A DNA stretch of 64,000 nucleotides from Eledone cirrhosa (Eukaryota): positions 340,628,001 to 340,692,000 of the forward strand of contig OZ024742.1 of assembly GCA_964016885.1 (NCBI GenBank), given 5' to 3'. Below are positions 51,131 through 64,000 of the stretch, one piece after another. The stretch's first letter is position 1. Each line of letters starts with the position of its first letter. The notes under the pieces are model-generated. The model did no database searches. It had not been told where the DNA came from and was given only the letters and a program-made list of their open reading frames with translations. A program made the position numbers and the translations under genes.

Positions 51131-53227
51131 AGAGATGATAATAATAATGTTGATAAATGGCATTTGTAATCAAATTTTCCAGACATCTTCAAGAACTGTC
51201 GTTATTTTCCTCTAAACACAAAACGTTTCGTATAATAATGATTAGCATAAAGCTAGTTGTTAAACAGCGGTGAGTGATTCTCATGCAAAGGAATCTTATA
51301 ACACGTCAGCAGTAATTGATTTTGGCACTCTGCAAAAGTTATCATAAAATTATCGCCATAAGACTATAAATGATGAAATTTTTGCATCTGATATTAATCA
51401 GATCACCACAACACAATCATTTTACTAATAAATGGCTTTGAGATATGAATCAACTTTTGCGCGGGCTTTTGTCCGCTGCTATAGTGTCATTTGATTAAAC
51501 TCTATAAATATGGTTTCCAGTTGTAATTGATGGGGAGTAATTCTGTTAGTCAAGTCGGCAGCAGTAAAAAGAAAAACGCTGAGCGATTTCACCCGTCGAT
51601 TTCATTTTATTTTTGCTGCTTGTAGCTAGCTAGCTCGCTTGTTACTCATATTGCAGAGGGCGGCGTAGACATGGCGGAGAGGATTTAAAGAAGAGAGAAA
51701 AGAGAAGATATGGAGGACAGGAGAGAGTAAAGTGGGATGAAAGAGGAAGCAGAAGTGAGAGAGAGAGGGATATGGGGGAAAGAGGTGGAAGTTGTGAGGG
51801 ATATGAGGTCGATTAAAGTAAACTGAAATAGAGTCTTTGATTACAAAGTAATAACTGTTGTTTGTATCGCTGGAAGTTGCAAAATCCTAGCGATTGTCAG
51901 CATTCGGCATTCTGTGGCAAATGGTAAACGTTGGCTTTTATCAGGAATATAATATTTACTGATATCCGGAAACAATAATGCTAACATTGACGGCAATTAG
52001 CGCTATCGGTGGCTGGCACATACTTCACTTCAATACTCGATAAATTCAAAATGGTGGATTAAACTAAGCTATAAGTCAGATCAAACGACTGATTGCATAT
52101 ATAACTCGTATGTAGTATTAAATTTAGAGATATAATCACCTGAAATTAACAAGGAATAAAAAGCAGCGATATCTGTGTGGCGGCAGAAGACAATATCCTA
52201 TGGCCGGTGCATTAATTCAATGAGATGCTGTATTATGCCTAAGTACAGAAGAGTCTAATTGTCCGTCTCCTCTGCGTTCAAATGTGAAAATTGAATTGCT
52301 AACTTAGCTTGCCATTATTGTTGTTGTCGTTGTTGTTGTCGTTGTTGTTGTTGTTGCTGTTGTTATTGGCAGTGTTAGTGATGATAGTGGTGATGATGTA
52401 GTAGCTTGTACAAGTGCCAACACAACAGAGATTAATGGACGGTGGGGGTATGGTTTATATATATGGTGGGTAACAAGAAGGAGAAGGTGAAGTAGGAGAG
52501 ATATATGCGAAGATGTATTGACTGCTAGTTCGCTGCCAGATCAATCAGAGAGAACTGTAGACATATGTGGCCGATCATGCTACATCGTTATACCGACCGA
52601 TATGGTAACTAAAAGAAAACAAGGACAAATGGAGAAAAAATAATAGCCTACAACGTTGGAAACATCTTCACATAGAACCTTAATTGGTGTTAAGGGGGGG
52701 TGGAGGGAGGAGAAAACAGAAGAAAAAAAACGAAAAAATAATGATAATAATAACAAATAAATAAATAAGGATATATAAATGGCAAAAAAAGACAAAAGAA
52801 GAGAGAAAGAGATAGAATGAGGAAAACAGGAAAATAACAAGCAAACAAGACATGAGTTTGAAAATGGAGGATAGCCTCGTTAGAGTTGTAATACAGATGG
52901 AGATGGCAAATGATGCTGGTTCAGTGTTTTAAAGGGGGGAGAGGCGGACAGGGGAAAATTAGAGACCAGCAAAAGAATCGCCGTTGTGTGTAGGGGGTAG
53001 GGTGGAGTGGAGGATGGAGAAGGAGGGCTACGGTGGAGGAGGAAGAGGTGAGAGGAGGAGTAGGTAGGGTGGAGGAGGGAGAGGGCGAGAGAAGGAGGGA
53101 AAAAGAAGATAAAAAAGGAATAAAAGAAGAGAGAAAAAATAGGAGAAGGGGGGTGTTATAATCAAACAATATAATTCTAACACATTTTTGCAAATGGCTT
53201 CTTAGAGCAAGTTTACCCGGAATCGAT

Positions 53228-55140
53228 TGGTGATGGTGTAGGTGATTGTTATAGCGGAGGTGGGGGTGGTGTAGGTGATGGTTATAGTGGTGGTGGTGGT
53301 GTAGGTGATTGTTATAACGGAGGTGGGGGTGGTGTAGGTGATGGTTATAGTGGTGGTGGTGGTGGTGTAGGTGATTGTTATAGCGGTAATGGTGGTGGTG
53401 GCATAGGTGATGGTTATAGTGGTGGTGGTGGTAGTGTAGGTGATTGTTATAGCGGAGGTGGTGGTGGTGTAGGTGATGGTTATAGTGGTGGTGGTGGTGT
53501 AGGTGATTGTTATAGCGGAGGTGGTGGTGGTGTAGGTGATGGTTATAGTGGTGGTGGTGGTGTAGGTGATTGTCATAGCGGTAATGATGGTGGTGGCGTA
53601 GGTGATGGTTATAGTGGTGGTGGTGGTGGTGTAGGTGATGGTTATAGTGGTGGTGGTGGTAGTGTAGGTGATTGTTATAGCGGAGGTGGTGGTGGTGTAG
53701 GTGATGGTTATAGTGGTGGTGGTGGTGGTGGTGTAGGTGATTGTTATAGCGGAGGTGGTGGTGGTGTAGGTGATGGTTATAGTGGTGGTGGTGGTGGTGG
53801 TGTAGGTGATTGTTATAGCGAAGGTGGTGGTGGTGTAGGTGATGGTTATAGTGGTGGTGGTGGTGGTGTAGGTGATTGTTATAGCGGAGGTGGTGGTGGT
53901 GTAGGTGATGGTTATAGTGGTGGTGGTGTAGGTGATGGTTATAGCGGTAATGGTGGTGGTGGTGTAGGTGGTGGTTATAGTGGTGGTGGTGGTGGTGGTG
54001 TAGGTGATGGTTATAGCGGAGGTGGTGGTGGTGTAGGTGATGGTTATAGTGGTGGTGGTGGTGTAGGTGATGGTTGTAATGGTGGTGGTGGTGGTGTAGG
54101 TGATGGTTATGGTGGTGGTGGTGTAGGTGATGGTTGTAGTGCTGGTGGTGTAGATGATGGTTATAGTGGTGGTGGTGGTGTAGGTGATGGTTATAGCGGT
54201 AATGGTGGTGGTGGTGGTGTAGGTAATGGTTATAGGGGTGGTGGTGATGGTGTGGGTGATTGTTATAGTGGTGTAAGTGATGGTTATAGTGATGGTGGTG
54301 GTGGTGGTGTGGTGGTGTAGGTGTTGGTTATAGCGGTAATGGTGGTGGTGTGGGTGGTGATGGTTATAGTGGTATAGGTGATTGTTATAGTGGTGGTGTG
54401 GTGTAGGTGATGGTTATAGCGGTAATGGTGATGGTGTGGGTGGTGATGGTTATAGTGGTATAGGTGATGGTTATAGTAGTGGTGGTGGTGTAGGTGATGG
54501 TTATAGAGGTAATGGTGGTGGTGTGGGTGGTGATGGTTATAGTGGTATATGTGATGGTTATAGTGGTGGTGGTGGTGTAGGTGATGGTTATAGCGGTAAT
54601 GGTGGTGGTGTGGGTGGTGATGGTTATAGTGGTGGTGGTGATGGTGTAGGTGATGGTGTGGGTGGTGGTAGTGTGGGTGGTTGGTGATGGTTATAGCGGT
54701 GGTGGTGTTGCGGGTGATAGTTATAGTGGTGGCGTGGATGGTGGTTATAGTGGTGTCGGTGGTGCGTTGGGTGATGGTTATAGCGGTGATGGTGGTGCGT
54801 CTGATGGTTATAGATGGTGATGTGGGCGATTTTTATAGCGGTGGTGGTGATGGTGGTGTTTGTGGTGTGAGTGAGGGTTATAGTGGTGGTGGTGGTGTTG
54901 GTGATGGTTATGGTTGTGGTGGTGGTGTGGGTGATGGTTATAGTGGTGATGGTGGTGGTGGTGGTGTCGGTGATGGTTATAGTTGTAGTGGTGGTGTGGG
55001 TGATGGTTATAGTGGTGGTGGTGGTGTGGGTGATGGTTATATTGGTGGCGGTGGTGTGGGTGATGTTTATATTGGTGGTGGTAGTGTCTGTGATGGTTAT
55101 AGTGGTGGTTTCTGTGATGGTTATAGTGGTGGTGGTGTGG
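53228..55140. repeat. G-rich minisatellite, unit GGTGTAGGTGAT(G/T)GTTATAG(T/C)GG(TGG)n
   Basis: Dozens of tandem ~27-33 bp units, diverging toward the right. Confidence 0.92.
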
Positions 55141-55674
55141 TGTTGTTGTGAGTATGACGGTGGTGTGGTGGTGTTGGTGCGGTGGTGGTGTGGTGGTGGT
55201 AGTGATGATGTTGGTGTGGAGATGGTGGTGGTGAAACTAAAATGGAATAATATAAAGAATGATTGTTTTAAATAGGGGGTGGAGGGCCAAATGGTTAGGG
55301 GTGGGGAGTGATAGGTAGAGAAGGGAGAGGAAAAAAGACTAAGGAAACGACGATGAGGATGAGACAAATATCAGTAATACTAATAACAACAACAGCAGCA
55401 GCAGCGACGACAGCAGCAGTAACAGTAACAACAGCAGGAATGACAGGGACAACAACAACAACAACAACAACGATAACAGTAATAGAAGCAATCACAGGGA
55501 AAACAACAACAACAACACCAATCACGGGGACGACAACAACAACAACAAGGACGACAACAACAAGAAATAAAAGCTATGAAACCAAATGTAATGGTATTGG
55601 AATCAATGACCAGGGTTGACCATTCCACTAGTCACTGTGAACATTGGTAACCAGACCATTATATCTTTATTGAT

Positions 55675-56420
55675 CTCTCTCCCTCCCACCATCTCTCTCT
55701 CTCTTCTCCCTCCCTTCCCTCTCGCAATCTCTCTCCATCGCTCTCCCTCCCTCCACCTCCCTCACTCTCTTTCTCTCTCTCTTCTCTTCTCTCCCTCCCA
55801 CCATCTCTCCCTCGATATCTCTTATTCTCCCTCCCTTCCTCTCTTCATCCCTCCATCTCTCTTTCTCCCCTTCTCCCTCCCTTCTTCTCCCTCCACCACT
55901 CGCCTTATATCTCTCTCCATCACTCTCCCTCCCTCCACCTCTCTCTTTTCCTTCTCTCTCCTTCCCTCTCGCTCCCTCATCTTTCACTCTCTCTTCGCTC
56001 TCCCTCCCACACTCCCTCCCCATCTCTCTCCCCTTCTTTCCCTCCCCCACCTCTATCTATCTTCTCTTCTCCCTCAGTCCATCTCTCTCCCCTTCTTTCC
56101 CTCCACCACCTCTCTCTATCTCCTCTTCTCCCACCATCCCTCTCTCCCCTTCTCTTCCTCCCTCACTCCATCTCTCTGTTTCCCTTTCTCTATTTCATTC
56201 CTCTTTCGATCCCTCTCCTTTCTCTATTTGTCTCTATCTCTCTCTCTCCCCTTCCTCCTCTCTCTTTTCCTCGCTCTCCCCCTAAATCTCTCTCTATCCC
56301 TCTCTCCCTTGCTCTCCCTCCCCCCGTCTCTCTCTACCCTTCGCTCACTCCCTCTCTACTTATCCCTCTATTCCTCTTTTCTCACCCCCTCCTCGCTCTG
56401 TCTCTCTCTCTCTCTCATTC
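55675..56420. repeat. Polypyrimidine (C/T) low-complexity tract
   Basis: Directly visible. Confidence 0.9.
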
Positions 56421-57366
56421 TATATATATGTATGTGTGCGTGTATTTCTGCAAGTTATTCTTTCTGACGTTTACAGTTATATATCTGTTCACACACACAC
56501 ACACACGCACACGCACACACACACACACACACACATTTATATATCTATATATCTATAATATTATAAAGATGAGCGTCGTATCTATGTATTATGTATGTAT
56601 GTATCCTACACACCTCCCTATTGTTTCTTAGCTTTACTCTCTCCGTCGCTTTTCCCTCTCTCTATAATAGATCACACAAATACACATACTTTCACACCTG
56701 ATTTCGCCAATTGCCGGATAACATCAAAACAAAACAAACAGACACACACATGCACATACACACATACACAAACACGCATACACATACACAAACGCACACA
56801 CACACATATCTATACTTATAAAGCCGACGGTCGTATGTCATACGGCCATCCGAAAGTGTGTAAATATGTATATACACATGTTCTGCGCGGTTAAACCACT
56901 GGGAGTGAAGGACCCCTAGCCTTTGTCAGGGCATTCTTCTAGGAGAAGGCAACTCAGGAAACTGGGATAACTCTGATATAAAACCTGTGGCTCAGTAGTT
57001 ACCGATGATGTTGATCTTTTCTTCTTTTCGGATTACAGTTACTGTCGCTCAGAGAGTGGGATTGGCTCAGTGCACAGTCTTTCCTCACTTCAAAAAATAT
57101 CTTCACGCACAGGCATTGCATGATAGAATTGATTAATAATTATTAATAATGGTATATCGATAACGAGGGGGCAGCCATCATCATGTATGTATGTATATTA
57201 ACAACACAGCTTAACTCTTTCTATTTAAACTCATTTCTACGGTAGCTCCTCCCCTTTGCTACGAAGCCGGAAGGACAATGTGACACGGGAGGGTGTGTGG
57301 TAATTTTGCAGTGGAGTGGTGGGGGCAGGTATACCTACCCGGACGTCAGCCGGACGGGCCAGCTAG

Positions 57367-57411
<45 letters not shown>

Positions 57412-57832
57412 CCTTCTTAGGTTATTTCGTTTGTTTTCAATCGATTTTACACCTGACTCGCTCGCCAATGACTCCTTCCTCCCACCGAAAACGGAGGCGG
57501 GAAGAGAAGGGCACCTTCTTGGTACTGTGTATGTATAGACATGTAACTATTGATCAAGTCATAGGGGTTCTCCCTTCTCCTCAGGTCTAAACACAGTCCA
57601 TTTCTTCGAGGGAAGGGGAGGGAATGTGTGTGTGTGTTTGTGTGATAGAGAGGAAGTTAGAAAAACATATAGAGGAAGAATCGACACCAGTACTAGACTG
57701 GTACTGTGTGTGTGTGGACTTGTAGCTCTTGATGAGGTTGTTGAGATACCCCTCTCCATGTCTGAACACAGCCGATTCCTCCCAGACAGTGATAGAGAAG
57801 AAGAGGAAGAAAGTGATATAGAGGAAGAATCA

Positions 57833-57990
57833 ACCCAGTGCATTACCGGTACTTTATTTTATCAACCGCGAATGGATGAAAGACAAACTTGAACTTAAGC
57901 AGGATTTGAACTCAAAATTCATCAGAAAGAACCAGAATTAATACCACAAGACATTCTGTTGTTCTAACGACTCTGCCAGTTCATTAAATG
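57833..57990 (-). mobile_element. Diverged SINE
   Basis: CCCAGTGCATTACCGGTACTTTATTTTATC..GGATGAAAG..GGATTTGAACTC. Confidence 0.7.
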
Positions 57991-58177
57991 TGTTACTACT
58001 ACTACTACTACTACTACCACTACTACTACCGATACTACTACTACTACTACTACCACCACCACCACCACCACCACCACCACCACTACTACTACTACTACCA
58101 CCACCACCACTACTACTACTACTACTACCACTACTACTACCGATACTACTACCACCACCACCACCACCACCACCACC

Positions 58178-58213
<36 letters not shown>

Positions 58214-58279
58214 TCTTCCACTTATTCTTGTGAGGGTCGTGGAAGTAGAGCTTTCAAACACTTCTTTCAACGGGTCGTA

Positions 58280-58520
58280 TCACAGCCAACCGTCTCCAAC
58301 TGATCCAGCTGGATCCCCAAGTGTGACCAGTCCAGCTCATGGATGTTATCCGATCATCTTGCTTGTGGTTTTCCCCTGGGACTCCTGCCGGTAGGGTTTG
58401 CCCGTAAAATCTGTCCAGTGATTGTTTCCTGGGACATTCTAACATCATATCCGTAATATCGGGGCTGTGATCTCTCAATTCGGAGAAGAGGTGGGGTGGG
58501 GATACTCACAAGCGTCCGGC
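58280..58520 (-). pseudogene. RTE-type LINE ORF C-terminal fragment
   Basis: IERSQPRYYGYDVRMSQE..QILRANPTGRSPRGKPQAR resembles the RTE motif QLRWxGHVxRM...GxRPRGRPxxRW. Confidence 0.7.
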
Positions 58521-59423
58521 TATCAGAATGTTTTATGGACACCTGTATTAAACCATCTAAAATACCTGTAGGTACCTATACCACATATATTACTTGAGAG
58601 GACGAATAAAATTACCATATTGGCTAGCGTATTGCACGCACTTTTGTCCACAAAAAACATAACAAATCTTCCGTGCGTCCAATACGCCCATATCACCGAT
58701 GGGAGGCCAAACGGAGGGTTAAACAAATTTAGTTTGTATTACTATTAGAATAAGTCTGTCTCAAGCCAGTGTTTATCCCGGTTTCGTTGCGTGAACTGAG
58801 AGAACAATACATCAGTCTATCACAGAGGTTATCACAATCGATTACAATATTAAAAAACAAATATGAATAAATTTGAGAGAAAATTTATAAACTTACATTA
58901 AAAAATTACATTCAGAGGATTTAGCTGCGCAGCCAAGTGTCCACAACGCAAGAAGGGGTCTACAGGTGACACAAAACAGTTCCCCGTGGTAAATCCAAAA
59001 TGAAAGTATCGGGAATTTCCGTAAATAAATAAAAAAATTGGTAATTTTTTTCCTTATATTTTAACCATTTTATTTAGAATGTTGATAAAATTTGAGTAAA
59101 TTTATTTTTAAAAGCATTCGCTGGAGTTTGCTATGAAATAATTTTTTTCTAGATCCACTCAACACGTGTGTTTTAAAATAATCTCACCTACAACATGCTC
59201 ACGAGCTACTCCCCTGCCCCCGAAAAAAAACCTTACTTGTGAGAGATGTGAAGGACCCTCATATTTTCTATGTCTGGGAAATTTCTTCGGGGGGAGGGGT
59301 CACATTTTTTCCAGAGATTATTTCGTTAGTTTTCGACTGATCTGACATTCCACTCACTCGTCAACGATTCCTTTTCCCACCCCACCCCGAAAACGGATGC
59401 GAGAAGAGAAGGGAACCTCGGAG

Positions 59424-59492
<69 letters not shown>

Positions 59493-59495
<3 letters not shown>

Positions 59496-59808
59496 TTCGT
59501 TTTTGTATTTCTTTTACAAGATTTCTTATCTGAAAACGTGTGTTGAAACAGATATTGTTGTAGTTTGGGCGGGTCATGCTGCCAATAAGACACACAGCTC
59601 ACAAAGATAAGATGGTTTAAGACAGTACAAAGAAGAGATACAAAATAACAAATTAATCACTGAGGTCACAGAATGTGTGAAAAAAGAGCTTTGACAATAA
59701 ACAAAGTACGAACCGGTTATTAAACTAACCAACTGGAAATTTGTAATAGATTGAAGTGAATACAAGAGATGCGTGAGGATTTTATTGGCAGCATGACCCG
59801 TCCAAAGT
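59493..59808. mobile_element. Diverged tails-out doublet of PLE 3' ends
   Basis: 59493-59598 is the reverse-complement terminus; 59600-59808 is a sense end with a decayed hammerhead (CTGA-GGTCACAGAATGTGTGA..GAGCTTTGAC) and TTATTGGCAGCATGACCCGTCCAAAGTAT. Confidence 0.7.
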
Positions 59809-60009
59809 ATATATATATATTTTTTTCTATTATCAATGATTTATATTCACATATAGAACAGTTCTAGGTTCACTAATGGCGTCATATATAAAAATTAGTT
59901 AAAGAAATTTCCAAATGAAATTTTTATACAAAGTTTTTCTACAGTAAAGCAGTTTATCTGAATAATTTATTAGACATTTATATAACATGTTGAAATTAAC
60001 GGTATTGGT

Positions 60010-60409
60010 TATGATGGTGGTGGTAGTGGCAGTTGTGTTGTTGTTGTTGGTGCTGGTGGAGGTGGTGGTGATGGTGGTGGTAGTGGCGTTGGTGGTGGTG
60101 GTGGGGGGGGGGGGTGATTGTGGTGATTGTGGTGGTGGTGGTAGTGGTAGCTGTGGTGGTTGTAGTGGTTGTAGTAATGGTTGTGGTGGTGGTGGTTATG
60201 GTTATAGTGGTGGTTATGATGGAGGTGATGGTGGTTATGGATAGCGTGGTGGTTATAGAGATGGTGGTGATTGTGATGGCTGTAGTGGTGGCTGTAGTAG
60301 TGGTGGTAGGGGTGCTGATGAAAGTCGTGGTAATTGTTGTGATGATAGTGGTTATAATGACAATTATTAATTATTATAATGTCAATCACAATGATGCTAG
60401 CGTTGCTGG

Positions 60410-60447
<38 letters not shown>

Positions 60448-60489
60448 GTGATGATGATTTTGGTTATGATGATGATGATGATTTTGGTT

Positions 60490-60524
<35 letters not shown>

Positions 60525-60745
60525 GGTGATGCTGATGATGACGATGATAATGATGACGATGGTGTTGATGATAATGATGATAATGATAATGATGATGATG
60601 GTGATGGTGATGGTGATGAAGATGATGATGATGATGGCGATGATGTGGTTGGTGATGATGATGGTGATGGTGATGATGTGGTTGGTGATGATGATGTGGT
60701 TGGTGATGGTGATGATGATGGTGATGACGACAACGATGGTATTGA
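60010..60745. repeat. (GGT)n and (GAT)n degenerate microsatellites
   Basis: Directly visible. Confidence 0.9.
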
Positions 60746-61069
60746 TAAGTGTGATGCTTGTAGCAGGAGAAATGAAGTTATTACTATTTACAATTCACGG
60801 CACGTAAAAGTGAACGAATCAGACAACAACTTAGTGAAATGTATTTCTCACATTGGCTAAACACTGATACAAACCTTCTCTCCTTGTCCTGCCTCCCCAT
60901 TAAACCAAACTATTATATAAACGTCTGTTTAGAGAACAGACCTAGCACGCAAACCTAGCTAAATATTTGATGTTCGTGCAATGAGCAAGCTATGAATGAA
61001 GGGGTTTTTTTTTTAGTTTTTTTTTTTAGTTTTTTTTTTCTACAATTATTTCTACGCTCTAATGTGTGT

Positions 61070-61144
<75 letters not shown>

Positions 61145-61201
61145 TGTATGTATGTTTGTATACACACACATATATATATATACCTGTATATATACATACA
61201 T

Positions 61202-61266
<65 letters not shown>

Positions 61267-61577
61267 TATATAGAGAGAGAGATATGTAATATATATATGT
61301 ATATATGTATATATGTACACGTGTGTGTTAACTGAACATATGTGTGTATCTGTGTTGTGTATGTACATTGTTACATTGTATGAATGCATGCGAATGTGTG
61401 GTGTACATTGTATGAGTATGTATGTGTGTATGTAATTTACAAATAGATACTAATGCTTATTTAATTAGATACGGAACCAAACAACAACAATAACAACAGC
61501 AACAACAATAACAACAGCAACAACAAAAACAAAAACGGAAACAAACATTATTGAGATATAAAAGAAAGAAAGAAAGT

Positions 61578-61613
<36 letters not shown>

Positions 61614-61912
61614 AATAAAGAAGGAAAACAAAGCTAGGCGTGTCATATAATTAGCCATATCTCTCCTAAGTGTATGATACGTCATAACAATAAGTGAAGC
61701 CATCCCAACGGGGAATCGAAACGGAGTCCCTGGATTCCAATATGGCCGAACTTTTACGACCTCCGAAAACGTGACCCTTGAACGGACAGCATTCCCATGC
61801 TGAGAGACAAATGGATATTAATAATCTAACAACTATGATTGGGTAACCTTTTCCAAAGCACACTATGTAATTTATCTGTATATAAATGTGAGTGTACATA
61901 TGTATGTGTATG

Positions 61913-62006
<94 letters not shown>

Positions 62007-62181
62007 CATGTGTATGTGTATGTATGTGTGTGAGTCTTGGGTTCAATCGGGGGTAAGCAGAGTTAGTAAGGTAATGAATACATTAGCAGAGTGCAAATAT
62101 CAAGTTTTATAAAGAAATCACCAGGAAAACCCTTTTGAATGAAACATATCTACACTTGTAGAAGCTATTTCTATATTAAAC

Positions 62182-62239
<58 letters not shown>

Positions 62240-62312
62240 AAATCAAGGAAGAGCAAATAAAGAAAAAAATTTAAAATAAATTTCAAAACAATTCACTGTA
62301 CTTACTATATGT

Positions 62313-62394
62313 GCCTTTACCGCGGTTTCAGATCCCAAAACAAATAGATAATCCAAGCGGGTTTTCATTGAGAAAGAGATCCTCGTCAGAAGGC
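62313..62394 (-). ncRNA. Type I hammerhead ribozyme, homolog of 8567-8650
   Basis: Minus strand: GCCTT-CTGACGA-GGATCTC[~38 nt]GGGATCT-GAAA-CCGCGG-TA-AAGGC. The ~80 nt from here to (TA)n resemble 8651-8720. Confidence 0.8.
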
Positions 62395-62802
62395 TGTTCT
62401 CTCTCGGAGAATATAAGATTTCCGAGTTCAAAATACAAACTGGCGCCATAGAAAACTGCCCCAACAAATGAATGATGAAACAATTTTGTCTAGTACCGTG
62501 TGCAAAGACTGAAAGCAAGGTGGACAGGTCAATCTCTCGCTACTAAAAATAGCAGCCGTTCAAATGACCAAAGGTTTCTCTACCGTTAGGGAGAATAATA
62601 ATAAAAGTATGTGTTCCTATATGTAAATAATACTCACATATATATATATATATATATTTGTATATAACTTACTGTGATTACAAAAACCATCTTTCTTAAT
62701 ATATTTCTTATACTTAATCTCCGTCGTAACTATACACTACAAATATAGAGAGCTTTCTCCTACTTACTCCTTTTTTTTACGAAAACAACTTTATTACTGA
62801 AC

Positions 62803-62892
<90 letters not shown>

Positions 62893-62908
62893 TATATATA
62901 TATATATA

Positions 62909-62946
62909 GTTGACGGACCCGGCGTATTTAACAATGCCAGGACCGG
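62909..62946 (+). repeat. ~37-bp direct repeat GTTGACGGACCCGGCGTATTTAACAATGCCAGGACCGG (second copy ~63807-63844)
   Basis: Identical sequence at both sites; resembles non-autonomous Helitron 5' ends (from recall). Confidence 0.6.
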
Positions 62947-64000
62947 TTGAATTTCAGCGTACTCAATAGATATATTTCTTTATTTGCCACATAGATAATG
63001 TAGAATACATTCCAGATTATACACATAGTTATTCGCTTCAACGCAACACACGTAAACGGGTGTCTATATTAGTTCCCGGGCTCGAGTTTCGGCCACACCT
63101 AATGCAGCAATAGGGTGCACTGCACCCTCTCTCTGCATATATTATGCAACAATGCATAATCGGCATATATTATGCACAATGTATATGTGGGTTCATCAGC
63201 GGGTATCGCCTAATCAATAACCAATCGATCGACAGAATTGAACCCCAGTCCATGCCGGCTATGACTATATATGACGGCCGACACAGTAAAGTGATTAACA
63301 ACTGGAATATAATACAACTCCGTCCCTCGATCAGCCAATGATTTATAAATTTACGTGGTGACAGGAGATTAGAAAATAAATATTTTCGCTCCCGCCAAAG
63401 GCACTCAGCCAACGTGTCTCAAACACACATTGATAAGATAGTGAAACGTTGGTTTTTAGAAAAAGCAATTCCACATCTTTGCACAGTAGAATAGTAGCAT
63501 TCAGCTCCAGTCTCCACGTCCCATGGCAATAGGATGGCGATGGTAACAGTGGTAGGGCCCAGAACCTTTAACGGACATTAAATGCCTCCACTATACAACG
63601 ATATAGAGTGGCGTGCTTGTAGCGGCAGTCACGTGCGTAAACCATTCCATCTCACAACTTTAACAATTCAATATGCGAGTGAGAGAGAAAAAAAAATTAA
63701 TAGCAGGAATTAGAACGCATATCGAAACAAAGAACACAATAAAAAAAAGTGAAAAATTGTTTAACTTACTCTCATTAGTCTGCTAGTTGGGAGATAATAA
63801 TAATAGGTTGACGGACCCGGCGTATTTAACAATGCCAGGACCGGAATGTGCGGATCACGACATGGTCTGTCGGTTTTGAAACAGATAAAAAGAAGCGCTC
63901 AACGACTTGTATAAATAGTACAAGACAGAGCATTATATATTAATAAAAGATCGGAGGCCATATTCAGTTGATTCAGGTTTATTTAAAACTCCGTTATACA

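Noticed and set aside
54436-55151. Gly/Tyr-rich ORFs (GGGVGDGYSG) resembling cuticle or beak proteins
   Set aside because: They are part of the 53.2-55.1 kb minisatellite, the frame is broken, and there is no signal peptide or credible start.

Overview
Eukaryotic, AT-rich DNA saturated with microsatellites, most likely from a cephalopod such as Octopus (inferred from the SINE and the repeat spectrum). I found no recognisable host protein-coding gene, and most of the ORF track is translated microsatellite. The real content is as follows. (1) A head-to-tail chain of L1/Tx1-clade LINEs (one with an intact 1139-aa ORF2, one decayed, one relic) and tRNA-derived SINEs, linked by (ATT)n at ~12.1-24.9 kb. 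(2) A Penelope-like element (PLE; RT + GIY-YIG, 764 aa) with an inverted copy of its 3' end at 28.3-32.0 kb. (3) Many short PLE-type ends embedded in (TA)n tracts. These carry type I hammerhead-ribozyme motifs of at least five unrelated sequence families, read by eye, one pair with compensatory base changes. They are repeatedly arranged as 'tails-out' palindromes. (4) CR1, RTE and Helitron fragments, a MITE, complex minisatellites, and a 200-N gap with a duplicated flank. The most notable signal is the (TA)n-associated, hammerhead-bearing palindromic PLE system. Repeat boundaries were estimated by eye and are approximate.
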